From assembly GCA_039794005.1 (NCBI GenBank), contig JBAMMA010000017.1, forward strand, positions 124,837-188,836: a DNA stretch of 64,000 bases, read 5' to 3'. Numbering within the stretch: the first letter of the stretch is position 1; every line of letters begins with the position of its first letter. This stretch comes from Thermoplasmata archaeon. GTDB taxonomy: Archaea; Thermoplasmatota; Thermoplasmata; Thermoplasmatales; ARK-15. The notes beneath the pieces are model-generated. The model was not told the DNA's origin and made no database searches. It was given only the letters and a program-made list of their open reading frames with translations. Positions 20,314-30,498 of the stretch are shown one piece after another. The translations under genes and the position numbers were made by a program.

Positions 20314-20862
20314 TTATTTTGCTACAAAGATCCTATATTTAATATTTCTGTCTTTTAACTCCTCTATTATCCTATTCACTATAAGTTTCTCAGGTGGATG
20401 TGGAAGCTTAACCCTGCTCTGTAGGTCTTGAAAACTCTTAAATTCACCCTTTTTCCTTTCTTCTATTATTGCCCACATGGTCTTTTTACCTAGGCCTGGT
20501 AACAATTCGAGCATGTGAAACCTCGTTGTTATTGGAGATGCCTTGTTGAAAAATTCTATGAATTTTTGTTCATGTTTTTTTACAATTTCCTCAAGAATAT
20601 AAGGCAGTTCATTTTGTGCTGCAACGGTCAAATCATCGTAAGTTATTCTTCTCCTTACACTTTCAATCTTTACCCTCTTTTCAATATCTTTCCCAATGTA
20701 GATCCTTTCACCTATAGATATCATCACATTTATCTTTGGGATAAGTTCAAAAAGTTTGAATTCAGATTCACCAATTGCTAATACCAATGGAGTTCTCTTA
20801 AAAGATTTTTCTTCCAACCTACCTTGAGGTAAATAATCTAAAACGTATGCGTATTCCTCCAT
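20314..20862 (-). CDS. DUF655 family RNA-binding protein
   Basis: YVLDYL, HMLELLPGLGKK; conserved rpl21e-rpoF-DUF655-rsmA order. Confidence 0.92.
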   Translation of the reverse strand: MEEYAYVLDYLPQGRLEEKSFKRTPLVLAIGESEFKLFELIPKINVMISIGERIYIGKDIEKRVKIESVRRRITYDDLTVAAQNELPYILEEIVKKHEQKFIEFFNKASPITTRFHMLELLPGLGKKTMWAIIEERKKGEFKSFQDLQSRVKLPHPPEKLIVNRIIEELKDRNIKYRIFVAK

Positions 20863-20868
20863 CCCCCT

Positions 20869-21183
20869 TCACTCCCCTCTGAGTATTTCCAAAATCTTGT
20901 TTATCTGTTCTTCAGTTAAATCTTTCTTTTCTCTATAAAAAATACTTCTTACTTGCTCTGAATTTATTGGCATTATATCAACTAATTTAACGGCCATTTT
21001 TTCATTTACAAAATCAAGCTTAGTCAACCTTTTTACCAGTTCTTTTGCTTCCTCGGGCTTTGTTTTACTCAATGTTTTAACATAATTTAAAACGTCTTTT
21101 TGAAATTCGTTAATCTCCCTTTCCTTTGCAATATTTTCTAAAATTTCTTTTGTTTCCGCTATTGTTAAATATTTTCTTTCCAT
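20869..21183 (-). CDS. rpo4: RNA polymerase subunit Rpo4 (F)
   Basis: YLTIAETKEIL, AVKLVDIMP; operon context. Confidence 0.9.
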   Translation of the reverse strand: MERKYLTIAETKEILENIAKEREINEFQKDVLNYVKTLSKTKPEEAKELVKRLTKLDFVNEKMAVKLVDIMPINSEQVRSIFYREKKDLTEEQINKILEILRGE

Positions 21184-21186
21184 GCC

Positions 21187-21477
21187 TCACACCTTCTTCA
21201 AATGTACAGGCATGGCTATTATCTTTTTCTTAACCCTATTTATATTTAATTCAACAATATATGCATCACCCTGCTTACCAGCAACAACGCCTACAAGACC
21301 CTGGAACCTATGGTGAGGCATTCCACTATGTATAGATGGCTCAATATCTATCGCCACCTTGTCACCTATTTCAAATTGCCTTAACATCCTTGTTATAGGT
21401 ACAATCCCCTTTTCTCTAACGGATTTCATTAATTTCCTACCAGATCTAGACCTTGGTCCTCTCGACATTTCTGCCAT
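21187..21477 (-). CDS. rpl21e: 50S ribosomal protein L21e
   Basis: GMPHHRFQG, PVHLK. Confidence 0.96.
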   Translation of the reverse strand: MAEMSRGPRSRSGRKLMKSVREKGIVPITRMLRQFEIGDKVAIDIEPSIHSGMPHHRFQGLVGVVAGKQGDAYIVELNINRVKKKIIAMPVHLKKV

Positions 21478-21479
21478 TT

Positions 21480-22646
21480 TTATCGTTCCTCCGGTTCCAG
21501 TATTTTAACTACATCAAGTCTTATTATTTTTATTTTTTGGTCAAGTATCGATGATATAGATGGATTCGTTCTACCATTATCTCCATGCACAAATTCTTTT
21601 ACATATGTTCCCGGATCTGTCTCTATCTCTAATATAATTTTTTTATCCTCAACATTTTTAATTTCTATCCTTCTTATACGTTTTTTTCTATGCATGTCTG
21701 ACCTGCTTTTTATGACCCTTAAAGGGGTTCTCTGATCTATTATTACATTTTCAAGAGATTTCAATTTTTTTACTATTTCTTCATTTGGTATTTCTTTTTC
21801 AAGCTCAATTTCCAGTTCATATACCTTCGGGTATTCTTTCGATTTTATTTCTTCAACTTCTTTAGAGCTTGAATATCTTAGGTCAAATATTTCAATTATA
21901 CCTTTATTTTTTTCATTCACTTCTTTTTCAATTTCCCTTAAATCATAATTCCTTATTTTTGGATTTGTTATTTCCAATATAAATGGCCTTCCATTTCCTA
22001 GCATTAATACATCAACATCCTCTCTTCCTGCACCATGCAAATAAAATTTGTTACCTTTGAAATATTTAATTGCGATTTCTCCTATCCTTTCTTCCACAGA
22101 TTTATCACCTTTATTGTGTATCCATCTTGTTTGTGGGATATTTCTCGAATATTTTCTATATCTACCATAAATGTATATCGACTTTGCTTTTATTTCAACT
22201 GAATAATAATCAACATCTATGATGGCCGATAATTCTGGATCTTTTAAATCTACATTTTTGTTCATCCTATTACTGATTATTTTACCAATTTCTCTAGAAA
22301 GCTCATTCTTTATGCTTTCACCCATGTTTCCATATTTTTCATGTATCTTTTTTTCCTTTTCCAATACATTGTCATCTATTCTTATTCCAACTAGAAAGGT
22401 ATTGAATTCATAATTCTTCATTTCATCAATAACTATTTCTGCATATTTTTCTAAATCATTAAAAATATTGTTGCATATGTAACATTTTTCTATTTTTAAT
22501 TCACCTATATTTAAATTATTTTCCATGGAATATAAAATCCTTATGGCCCTTCCTCTCTCCTTATTTGTAAGACCATGCCCCATCATGGCATAAATCCTTC
22601 CTAAACATGAATCACATAATTCATTGATCTCTTCAGGGTATTGCAT
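21480..22646 (-). CDS. pus10: tRNA pseudouridine(54/55) synthase Pus10
   Basis: LCDSCLGR, GAGREDVDV, GTYVKEFVHGDNGRT. Confidence 0.95.
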   Translation of the reverse strand: MQYPEEINELCDSCLGRIYAMMGHGLTNKERGRAIRILYSMENNLNIGELKIEKCYICNNIFNDLEKYAEIVIDEMKNYEFNTFLVGIRIDDNVLEKEKKIHEKYGNMGESIKNELSREIGKIISNRMNKNVDLKDPELSAIIDVDYYSVEIKAKSIYIYGRYRKYSRNIPQTRWIHNKGDKSVEERIGEIAIKYFKGNKFYLHGAGREDVDVLMLGNGRPFILEITNPKIRNYDLREIEKEVNEKNKGIIEIFDLRYSSSKEVEEIKSKEYPKVYELEIELEKEIPNEEIVKKLKSLENVIIDQRTPLRVIKSRSDMHRKKRIRRIEIKNVEDKKIILEIETDPGTYVKEFVHGDNGRTNPSISSILDQKIKIIRLDVVKILEPEER

Positions 22647-23394
22647 GATTTATAGATGATGTAAAAATATTTAATTCTATTTTATGATTTTAAGTTAATC
22701 AATAAAAAATTTTTTTAATTTAAGAATTGAAAATATAAATAAAGGTTGAATTAGAGGATTTTTTAATACCAAAGAAAATGTTTTGTTGTATTGGATATAT
22801 AAAAATCTCTTTAACAAGATATTTAAAAAAAGGAATTTATAGAAAAATTAAAAACTTTGATTGAGCATTTTTCTAAAATACAAATATTTTTACAGAGATA
22901 AATCCCTTAAATGAAATGTATGAATCACATGCAAGAAATTTTTTATAAATATGTTTTTAACATTGAGAAATTTATGGAGAAATTAAGCCAATGGATTGTG
23001 ATTTTTCAGTAAAAATACAGCACGTATATTCATTGGCAAAAATTTGATTATATGATAATAAATGCTGTAATAACAACAATTGTATTTACATGTATTTTAC
23101 AGAAATTGAAAGATGAGAAAGAAATTCATTTAATATCTATTTTTGCCTGAATTCCTGAAAATGCAGTTTTATCGAAAAACAAAGGGGAACATGAAAATTC
23201 TTTGATGAATATGGAAAATGATTGTTCTAATGAAATTAACAGATTTGATAAAGTATTGGAAATAATTTCTTAAAACATTCAAATAACATAATTTTGCCAT
23301 TTGGTATAATTAGGGGTTAAGTTTAAATATGATGGTATTATCAGGATTATCTGTTAAAATTGGAGGTGAAAATAATTTATGGAGGATGCTGAAG

Positions 23395-23772
23395 ATGGCC
23401 GTGGGAATACATATAATTGCGGATTTTTACGGCGTTGATGAAAATACGATAGCATATGTTGAATCAATGAAGCCAATTTTTGAAGAATCTGTTAAGTATG
23501 CTAAGCTAACTAAGATTTCTTCAGATTATTATCAATTTAGGCCAAGGGGATGTAGTGGTATTATACTTTTGGCGGAATCCCATATTAGTTTTCATACTTG
23601 GCCTGAGCATGGTTTGATTACACTCGATATTTATACTTGTGGCGATCCAAATCAGGCTTTTATAGCTCTTGACTATTTTCAAAAGACGTTCAAGCCAACA
23701 AAGATTTCACAAATAGTGATTGAAAGGGGAACAGAAGTAATAGATGAAAAAAGTGTGGAGATAAAGATCTGA
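23395..23772 (+). CDS. speH: S-adenosylmethionine decarboxylase proenzyme
   Basis: [19 protein letters not shown]; GGAGG SD before ATG 23395. Confidence 0.92.
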   Translation: MAVGIHIIADFYGVDENTIAYVESMKPIFEESVKYAKLTKISSDYYQFRPRGCSGIILLAESHISFHTWPEHGLITLDIYTCGDPNQAFIALDYFQKTFKPTKISQIVIERGTEVIDEKSVEIKI

Positions 23773-23773
23773 A

Positions 23774-24319
23774 ATGTTAACGATAATACCAAACAAGGTT
23801 TTTTTTACAAAAGGCGTTGGAAGGCATACCAGCGAACTTGGATCTTTTGAAAGGGCCTTAAGGGATGCAGGTATTGCCCAATTTAACTTGGTTGAAGTTT
23901 CCTCAATTTTTCCACCAAATGCAGAGATAGTTTCTAAAGAGGAGGGATTAAAATATTTAAAACCTGGCCAGATACTTTACGTTGTATTGGCTAGGAATTC
24001 AAGCAATGAATTAAACAGGCTGATCTCAGCATCTGTTGGTTTGGCAATACCAAAGGATAGAAACATGTATGGATATTTAAGTGAACATCACAGTTTTGGG
24101 GAAACTGAGCAAACAGCAGGAAATTTTGCAGAGGAACTTGCTGCTGAAATGCTTGCATCAACGCTTGGAATAGATCATCACCTCGTATGGGACGAGGAAA
24201 TAAATACTTGGAAACTTGATGATAGGATATTGTTAACTCAAAATATAACATCTACAGCCGTAGTTGAAAAGCCTGGAGAATGGACTACGGTGATTGCTGC
24301 AGCAGTTCTGATTCCATAA
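23774..24319 (+). CDS. pdaD: pyruvoyl-dependent arginine decarboxylase
   Basis: [21 protein letters not shown] cleavage motif, GYLSEHH. Confidence 0.92.
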   Translation: MLTIIPNKVFFTKGVGRHTSELGSFERALRDAGIAQFNLVEVSSIFPPNAEIVSKEEGLKYLKPGQILYVVLARNSSNELNRLISASVGLAIPKDRNMYGYLSEHHSFGETEQTAGNFAEELAAEMLASTLGIDHHLVWDEEINTWKLDDRILLTQNITSTAVVEKPGEWTTVIAAAVLIP

Positions 24320-25202
24320 ATTTTTTAGCTAAATTGTGAGCGGGCCTGATTGGGTCTATGTGATTTAATATTTCTTTACCAATTTTATATGCTCTTCTTA
24401 AAGAAATGTGATTTCCTGGTGAAACATATCTATTTTTAATTTTAAAGCCAATAATTTCTTTTTGATCATATATCATTTCATCGATCAATTTGCCAAATAG
24501 AAGTGATTTTGCAATACCTAATGTTGGTTTATCCCATAATATGCCCAGAAATGATGCAAGTCCTATTCTACGTGGATGAAGAATCCCGTTTCCGTCCAAT
24601 ATTCCCAATCCTTCAGGTATATGATCTAATAAAAGAATTCCTTCTCTATATGACAAATATGTTGGTATATATGGAAAATTGACAATTTTTTTTATGAGTG
24701 TATAATCTTCAATTTTGTAATTTTTAAATTTAACAATAGCAATATATGCATTTCTATCATTATATGATACATCGTATGAATAAATATAATCAAAATCCAC
24801 ATCCTTCAATTCAAGCTTTTTTAATAGTTCATTTTCGAATTCCCTTATCTTTTTTAATGGATAGTTTGTCCTGAATTCTCTGAATCTTATCTTATCAAAT
24901 CCTACTATTCTGTTATTTTCTACCTTGATTCCTTCAGATTCTAATAGTTCAATCTTTTTCTTTATACCATTTGGATGTGTGAAACCTCCGATTGTTCCAT
25001 CGCTCTTTACTACCCTATGACAGGGTATAACAATTGGGTTCGGATTTTTTGATAGCATTTCACCAACTGCCCTCGACGCTATTATGTCCCCTAATGCAGT
25101 TGCAAGGTCACCATATGTTGATACCATTCCTCTAGGTATTTGCTTCACCAATTCATAAAAATATGAATAAAGATCGATTTTTATTTCTGAAATATCCATC
25201 AT
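24285..25202 (-). CDS. O6-alkylguanine DNA alkyltransferase - endonuclease V fusion
   Basis: TYGDLA, RAVG, IPCHRVV in N-half; [36 protein letters not shown] in C-half. Confidence 0.9.
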   Translation of the reverse strand: MMDISEIKIDLYSYFYELVKQIPRGMVSTYGDLATALGDIIASRAVGEMLSKNPNPIVIPCHRVVKSDGTIGGFTHPNGIKKKIELLESEGIKVENNRIVGFDKIRFREFRTNYPLKKIREFENELLKKLELKDVDFDYIYSYDVSYNDRNAYIAIVKFKNYKIEDYTLIKKIVNFPYIPTYLSYREGILLLDHIPEGLGILDGNGILHPRRIGLASFLGILWDKPTLGIAKSLLFGKLIDEMIYDQKEIIGFKIKNRYVSPGNHISLRRAYKIGKEILNHIDPIRPAHNLAKKFMESELLQQSP

Positions 25203-25215
25203 AAAAATATGTTAT

Positions 25216-26766
25216 TCAGAATATTTCATTTTTTCCCATCAATTCTATTTCATATTGTGAGAGGGGGATTTTAATAGGGATTCTAATATGCTGAGATATC
25301 ATGAATGCTTCACTTCCATCTTTTCCAGGGCCTTTTAAATTTTCTATATATTTTATTTCATTTTTATTTAAAGAATAAAAATTTTCCATATCTTCTGAAA
25401 CTTCATTATGTCTAAATATAACATGAATTAGGGAATTGTGCATCATGGTTTTCCCTTTTTCATTTTTCAATAAATCATCCGATTTTTGCGTGATTAAATT
25501 TATGGATGTTTTATATCTCCTTACATGTCTGAACATCATGTCTAAAATATTCAATAATTCCTCATCCTTCATTATTTTCCATGCCTCGTCTATTACTAAG
25601 AATTTTCTTGAATCATTTTTTAAAATTGGGATTATAGAATTTAATATTATTTTGATTGATATATAAAAATCCATTTCCTTGATTTTTGAAAAATCAAAAA
25701 TTATTCCATTTTCCGGTATTTTATTATTACCAAATAAAAATTTCCCGTATTGGGTATCATAAAAATCGGATATATATGATTTCAAATTTTTTCCTATACT
25801 ATCTTTAGAATTTATTGACTTTAAAATCTTTTGAGCATTACAGTTTACACAACTTTTTATACTTTTTGAAAAATATATCTTTTCTCTTTCACTTAAATGG
25901 AAAATGGATGAAAATAATGACGATATTCTTTCAACATATTCATCCAGTGATTCACTTTCAAACCTTGTAAATACATCTGGAATATCATCATCGTTTAAAT
26001 TTGAATATTTAATATCCAAGAATTTTGATAAATTTTTATATTCTCCCAATGGATCGATTATAAAATATTTCGTGTTTTTGTAGGATAATTTTTCCCTCAT
26101 CATTACCATTTTTACGAAATGGGATTTACCATAACCTGTAGAACCTGTTATTATGCCATGAGAAGCTGGAAATTCCCATCTGTTAAAGATTATTGGCATA
26201 TTGTTATAATAATGAAAGCCGATTAAAATGCCATTTTCCATTATTATTCCATTTCCAGGAAATGGAAATAGGTATGATATTCCATGTGTATGTAATTTTC
26301 TACCTTCACTGTTATCTGGAGGCATTATGAATTTTTTGTGCTTGTTAAAAATATCGAATTTGTATCTTTTTATTTTAAATTTTTTGGATTTGTATTTGTT
26401 TATTATATTATGATATTCTTTACCTTTGATATAAATTATAAAATTTACATCGTATAAATGGCCCTTTCCGGATATTATATACTCCAATAACGATTTGGCA
26501 GAAACTAATTTATTTTTGTTCTTTATAATGCTGGAAAAATTTTTACTATTTATTGCAGGAAAAATTCTCTGCGATTCAGACTCTAAAATTTTTATTGAAA
26601 AATTGTCGCTTATGCTCTTAATATCAATTCTCATCGAATGTGGTTCCTCTGTCAGTATTTCAGATAATTCCGAAAATTTTATCCTTGCTGGAAGGTCCAA
26701 TTCAAAATAACTTATATTGTTTTTACCTTTTTCTATTCTATCCTTTAATATTTTCATTTTTATCAC
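25216..26766 (-). CDS. VirB4/TraC-like (HerA/FtsK superfamily) ATPase
   Basis: Walker A GSTGYGKS, IIDPLGEY, Walker B VIDEAW, RHVRRY...ITQ. Confidence 0.85.
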   Translation of the reverse strand: MIKMKILKDRIEKGKNNISYFELDLPARIKFSELSEILTEEPHSMRIDIKSISDNFSIKILESESQRIFPAINSKNFSSIIKNKNKLVSAKSLLEYIISGKGHLYDVNFIIYIKGKEYHNIINKYKSKKFKIKRYKFDIFNKHKKFIMPPDNSEGRKLHTHGISYLFPFPGNGIIMENGILIGFHYYNNMPIIFNRWEFPASHGIITGSTGYGKSHFVKMVMMREKLSYKNTKYFIIDPLGEYKNLSKFLDIKYSNLNDDDIPDVFTRFESESLDEYVERISSLFSSIFHLSEREKIYFSKSIKSCVNCNAQKILKSINSKDSIGKNLKSYISDFYDTQYGKFLFGNNKIPENGIIFDFSKIKEMDFYISIKIILNSIIPILKNDSRKFLVIDEAWKIMKDEELLNILDMMFRHVRRYKTSINLITQKSDDLLKNEKGKTMMHNSLIHVIFRHNEVSEDMENFYSLNKNEIKYIENLKGPGKDGSEAFMISQHIRIPIKIPLSQYEIELMGKNEIF

Positions 26767-27031
26767 CCAAGATTACAATCAAAATATATGTTAGAGAGAC
26801 AAAAATGAATACATAATTTATAAAAAAGAAAAGAAAAGTTATGAATATTAAGAAAGAAACTATTGAATATAAAAATTGATTTTTTAAAATGAAATATAAA
26901 AAGATTAAAGATGCATTCATTAATATTATTCCAAATATGTTTTTCGATATATAGGAATATAAAATCGAAATTGAAAGGGACAATAGTAAAAAATCTCTAT
27001 AAAATTTCAACATAATGACCAAAGCCTCCAT
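26738..27031 (-). CDS. small polytopic membrane protein in T4SS-like operon
   Basis: 97 aa, almost entirely hydrophobic, overlaps both neighbours. Confidence 0.6.
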   Translation of the reverse strand: MEALVIMLKFYRDFLLLSLSISILYSYISKNIFGIILMNASLIFLYFILKNQFLYSIVSFLIFITFLFFFINYVFIFVSLTYILIVILGDKNENIKG

Positions 27032-27714
27032 ATAGAATATGAAAATTCATCAACTTTCATTTTATTAAAATTAAATTCGAATGATGATATATTTGAAATA
27101 ATTTTTTCAAGAGATTCCAATTCTTCAACGTTTCCGTTTTTTGATGAAAAAACAATGAATGTTTTTAAAAATACCCTCTTTTCAAAATTATTATTAATTA
27201 AAATTTTAATTTCATTAGAATATTCATTTTCAATTTCGAATCTAATGTCTGGAATTTCATCGTATAAATTAAAAATAGTTATGTCAAAGTTCGTTAAATT
27301 TAAAATCTCTATGAATTTTTCCTTTAATTCTTCCTTCTTTTCATCATCTAAAAATTCACTGCCTACATATTTTACTGAATATGAAACAGATAATTTATCA
27401 TTCCATTTAAATATAAATTCATTTACTTTTCTTATAGATGCATATTTTTCAATCTCAAATTCTTTAACGTTTTTTCTTGATAAAATATAATAAAAATTTT
27501 TGTATAATGTAACATCAATATATTCTCCTCTCACCTTTATTAATGGTATTAATATTAAAATAATTATAATTATCAGAATTACAAATTCTTTTGTCAAATA
27601 AAAAAGCAAAATAAATGGAGTTGATAGAATTATTGAATTTTTAATTTTGGATATTGGAAAATTCATTATAAAAATATCGTTCATTATATTTTCTGGAATA
27701 TCTATCTCCTTCAT
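27007..27714 (-). CDS. PrgI/VirB3-like membrane protein with VirB4-N-like soluble domain
   Basis: Two N-terminal TMs, then FLDDEKKEELKEKFIEILN..DITI segment; ATG 27714 lies 1 nt after upstream stop. Confidence 0.55.
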   Translation of the reverse strand: MKEIDIPENIMNDIFIMNFPISKIKNSIILSTPFILLFYLTKEFVILIIIIILILIPLIKVRGEYIDVTLYKNFYYILSRKNVKEFEIEKYASIRKVNEFIFKWNDKLSVSYSVKYVGSEFLDDEKKEELKEKFIEILNLTNFDITIFNLYDEIPDIRFEIENEYSNEIKILINNNFEKRVFLKTFIVFSSKNGNVEELESLEKIISNISSFEFNFNKMKVDEFSYSIWRLWSLC

Positions 27715-27715
27715 T

Positions 27716-28720
27716 TTAGAATAACACCAGCGAACCAATCATTTCAATTCCATTTGAAATAATATCCTTGGCTTTTAAAAGTATACCAAACCTTGGAAAT
27801 AGAGAATATCCCGTGGGATAACCCATCCTGGACATTGAAAATGTAACTACATATGGTATAAGCATTGATACCAATAGTATCGCTATCCAAAACAATGGAT
27901 CTTGAATTATTCCCATCAGCATAATCAAAGGGGCCATAAATATTATTTCTATACTTCTATCTATGAACGTAAGCCACATTCTTTTTCCTATTTCATATGT
28001 TCCATTGAATGTTAAAAATATTGAGAACAGAGGGAGAAACATAATGAAAAAATATATCCACACAATTCTCATAACTAGTACAATTGTGAATGCTAGCACT
28101 ACTGTAAATAACGTTAATAATATCAATAATTCCAAAAGATTGTTTTCGGTATATGCAAAATATATATAGTTATTTAAAAAATAGTTGAAAGGCCATAATT
28201 CTAGATCTGATATTCCTTGGTATGGATTTGGTGTTCCTGACCAATTTATCTGCATTCCTGAATAAAAATAAATATATATTGCTCTCAACAATGAAAATAA
28301 AAGATCTGATATTATTAAAGAAAAATAGGCCAAAATGATTCCTAAGACTATATTAAATAAATAGTCGTTCCTTTCATGAAAAATAAATTGCTTTTTCCAA
28401 AGATAATAGAATCCTGAAAATATTATGAATATAGAAATTGAAGGAGACACTATATAATTTAATATTAAATAATTGATGTTTACTGCAAAGTCCATACCTA
28501 TCTGAGAAAATATTGGATAAATCGATGATTCATTTTTATAATACAATGGATTTAATGGAGGTATTTGACCATTTATCAATATTTGTGGAAATGCAAAATT
28601 TGGATTAAGCAATGGAAATGTAAAAGAAGCCCATATTATTGCCAATCCAAAAATTAATGCAGAATTTATTGTTGATAAAAAATCGAATAAAATTAAATTT
28701 ATTGCTGTTGATAATGCCAT
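27716..28720 (-). CDS. VirB6/CedA-like polytopic membrane protein
   Basis: 334 aa, multiple TMs around an extracellular loop; MRIVWIYFFIMFLPLF segment typical of VirB6/TrbL. Confidence 0.65.
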   Translation of the reverse strand: MALSTAINLILFDFLSTINSALIFGLAIIWASFTFPLLNPNFAFPQILINGQIPPLNPLYYKNESSIYPIFSQIGMDFAVNINYLILNYIVSPSISIFIIFSGFYYLWKKQFIFHERNDYLFNIVLGIILAYFSLIISDLLFSLLRAIYIYFYSGMQINWSGTPNPYQGISDLELWPFNYFLNNYIYFAYTENNLLELLILLTLFTVVLAFTIVLVMRIVWIYFFIMFLPLFSIFLTFNGTYEIGKRMWLTFIDRSIEIIFMAPLIMLMGIIQDPLFWIAILLVSMLIPYVVTFSMSRMGYPTGYSLFPRFGILLKAKDIISNGIEMIGSLVLF

Positions 28721-28723
28721 AAT

Positions 28724-29065
28724 TCATCCTGTTGCAATGAAACTTATTATATTGACTATGGTTGAGGCACCTAGAACTATGAATGATGCAAGCAACATTA
28801 TAGGCAAATCATGTTTAAATTTCATTATACCCTCTCTATCATCTTTGTGGAAGAATAAAAATAATCCTTCATATATCCAGAATATAGCAAGTATGGATCC
28901 AGCAATTGTGTTAACGACTATGGTTAATCTCGATATAACTTCTTTTAATTGCTGTGTGGCATTTTCTTGAATATTTATAGTATAATGGCTGCCTTCATTG
29001 AACACATATTGGTTATTCCCTATTGTGGATAATATAAATAAGGCTATTATTAAATAATGAATCAT
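28724..29065 (-). CDS. VirB2/TrbC-like pilin
   Basis: Signal + amphipathic helix + TM - charged loop (HKDDREGIMKFK) - TM; first gene of operon. Confidence 0.65.
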   Translation of the reverse strand: MIHYLIIALFILSTIGNNQYVFNEGSHYTINIQENATQQLKEVISRLTIVVNTIAGSILAIFWIYEGLFLFFHKDDREGIMKFKHDLPIMLLASFIVLGASTIVNIISFIATG

Positions 29066-29248
29066 GATTTTTAGATTAATTTTATTTATATAAAACTTTC
29101 TTTATAAATTTTATAATTTTTATGATTTTTATAAATTTTATATTTCACGTTTGAAAAATTTTCAGAAAAATATTAATTCTTGTATTTATTTTTCATGATT
29201 TTTTCCATTTTTCTAAAAATTTAAATATTATTTTTTATAAGGTATATT

Positions 29249-29491
29249 ATGGTTGAATCGCGAGCGTCAATAGGGGTAAAGCATTCAACTAAGGAATTAT
29301 TGACATATGTATCTGCACAGGTCCAGAGCGAGGTTGAGAGGGGAGATATAACATGGGACGAATTTCTGATTTATTTAGCAATAAAATATTTGGACAATAA
29401 AGGAATATCATTTAATGAAATATTAAAGAAATTAAATATTGATGTTGAAGAATTTGAAAGGGTAAGCAAAAGAGTTCAAGTGATGAAATGA
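29249..29491 (+). CDS. small ribbon-helix-helix-like DNA-binding protein
   Basis: ASIGVKHSTKELL...TWDEFLIYL pattern; divergent from pilin gene. Confidence 0.55.
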   Translation: MVESRASIGVKHSTKELLTYVSAQVQSEVERGDITWDEFLIYLAIKYLDNKGISFNEILKKLNIDVEEFERVSKRVQVMK

Positions 29492-30498
29492 CTTTTATAT
29501 ATCAATTTAAGGGAATTAGATATAATGAAAAATTAAACCCCCTGGATGATCTAATAATTCCTCCCTTTGATGAAATCAATGAAGAACAAAAAGAAAGATA
29601 TAAAAAAATAAAATTTAACTTTGTACATTTTACTCTTCCAGATAGTTATGAATATCCAAAAATTTTGGCAGACAGATTTTTAAAAGATGGGATATTTAAA
29701 ATTGATGATGATTCTTATTATCTAATGGAAATCAAATATGAAAATAAAATTTTAAAAGGCATTGTTGCTGCTGTCGATCTGAATGGAAAAATATTTCCTC
29801 ATGAAAAGACCTTCGATTTTCCAGTTAAAGATAGATACAATCTACTTCAAAATTCTGGATATGATTTTGAGTATGTATTCTTTCTAACAAAAAAAGATTT
29901 AATATACGACGATGAAAAATTGCTTTCTTTTGGAACAATGGATAATAAAATTTATAATTTATATAAAATAAATTTAAAGAATAATGATATGGGTGATTTG
30001 GTTATAGCTGATGGCCACCATAGATTCCGGGCGGCCCTCCATTTCCACTCGAACTTTAATGGATATGATAAAATTTTAGGATTTATTATTAATGTTTTTG
30101 ATAATAATTTAATACTTAAAAATGCTAATAAAATGGTCCATGATAAATTAATAGATTTTGATAAAATAAGAGAATATTTTGATTTATCAGATCATGGTCT
30201 TAAATTTATTTATAAAGATAATATTTATTATATAATTCCTAAGGATAATGATTTGTACAAAATGCCTCAAATCTTCTGGTTTAATGAAATTTTAAAATTA
30301 TTGAATATTGATTATAATATAAATAATGTAATTACTTATTTTGATAATTCCTGTAAAAAAGATATGGCCTGCTTTTTTCCCATCCCTCCCAAACCTCAAG
30401 AGGTTTTTGATCTGGCCGTTAACAATATAATATTTCCACAAAAATCTACATACTTTTTACCAAAACCTGCTTCAGGATTGGTTTTTATGAAAAAATGA
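29488..30498 (+). CDS. DUF1015 family protein
   Basis: PPFDEI, PHEKT, IADGHHR, PQKSTYFLPKPASGL. Confidence 0.9.
   Translation: MTFIYQFKGIRYNEKLNPLDDLIIPPFDEINEEQKERYKKIKFNFVHFTLPDSYEYPKILADRFLKDGIFKIDDDSYYLMEIKYENKILKGIVAAVDLNGKIFPHEKTFDFPVKDRYNLLQNSGYDFEYVFFLTKKDLIYDDEKLLSFGTMDNKIYNLYKINLKNNDMGDLVIADGHHRFRAALHFHSNFNGYDKILGFIINVFDNNLILKNANKMVHDKLIDFDKIREYFDLSDHGLKFIYKDNIYYIIPKDNDLYKMPQIFWFNEILKLLNIDYNINNVITYFDNSCKKDMACFFPIPPKPQEVFDLAVNNIIFPQKSTYFLPKPASGLVFMKK

Noticed and set aside
23080-23115. Single CRISPR-repeat-like string ending ATTGAAAG
   Set aside because: One copy only, no spacing periodicity, expected in AT-rich DNA; no array seen near cas6 or csx1 either.
25216-29491. Complete integrated conjugative element or provirus
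   Set aside because: No integrase, relaxase, coupling protein, tRNA/att site or cargo visible; flanks are housekeeping genes.
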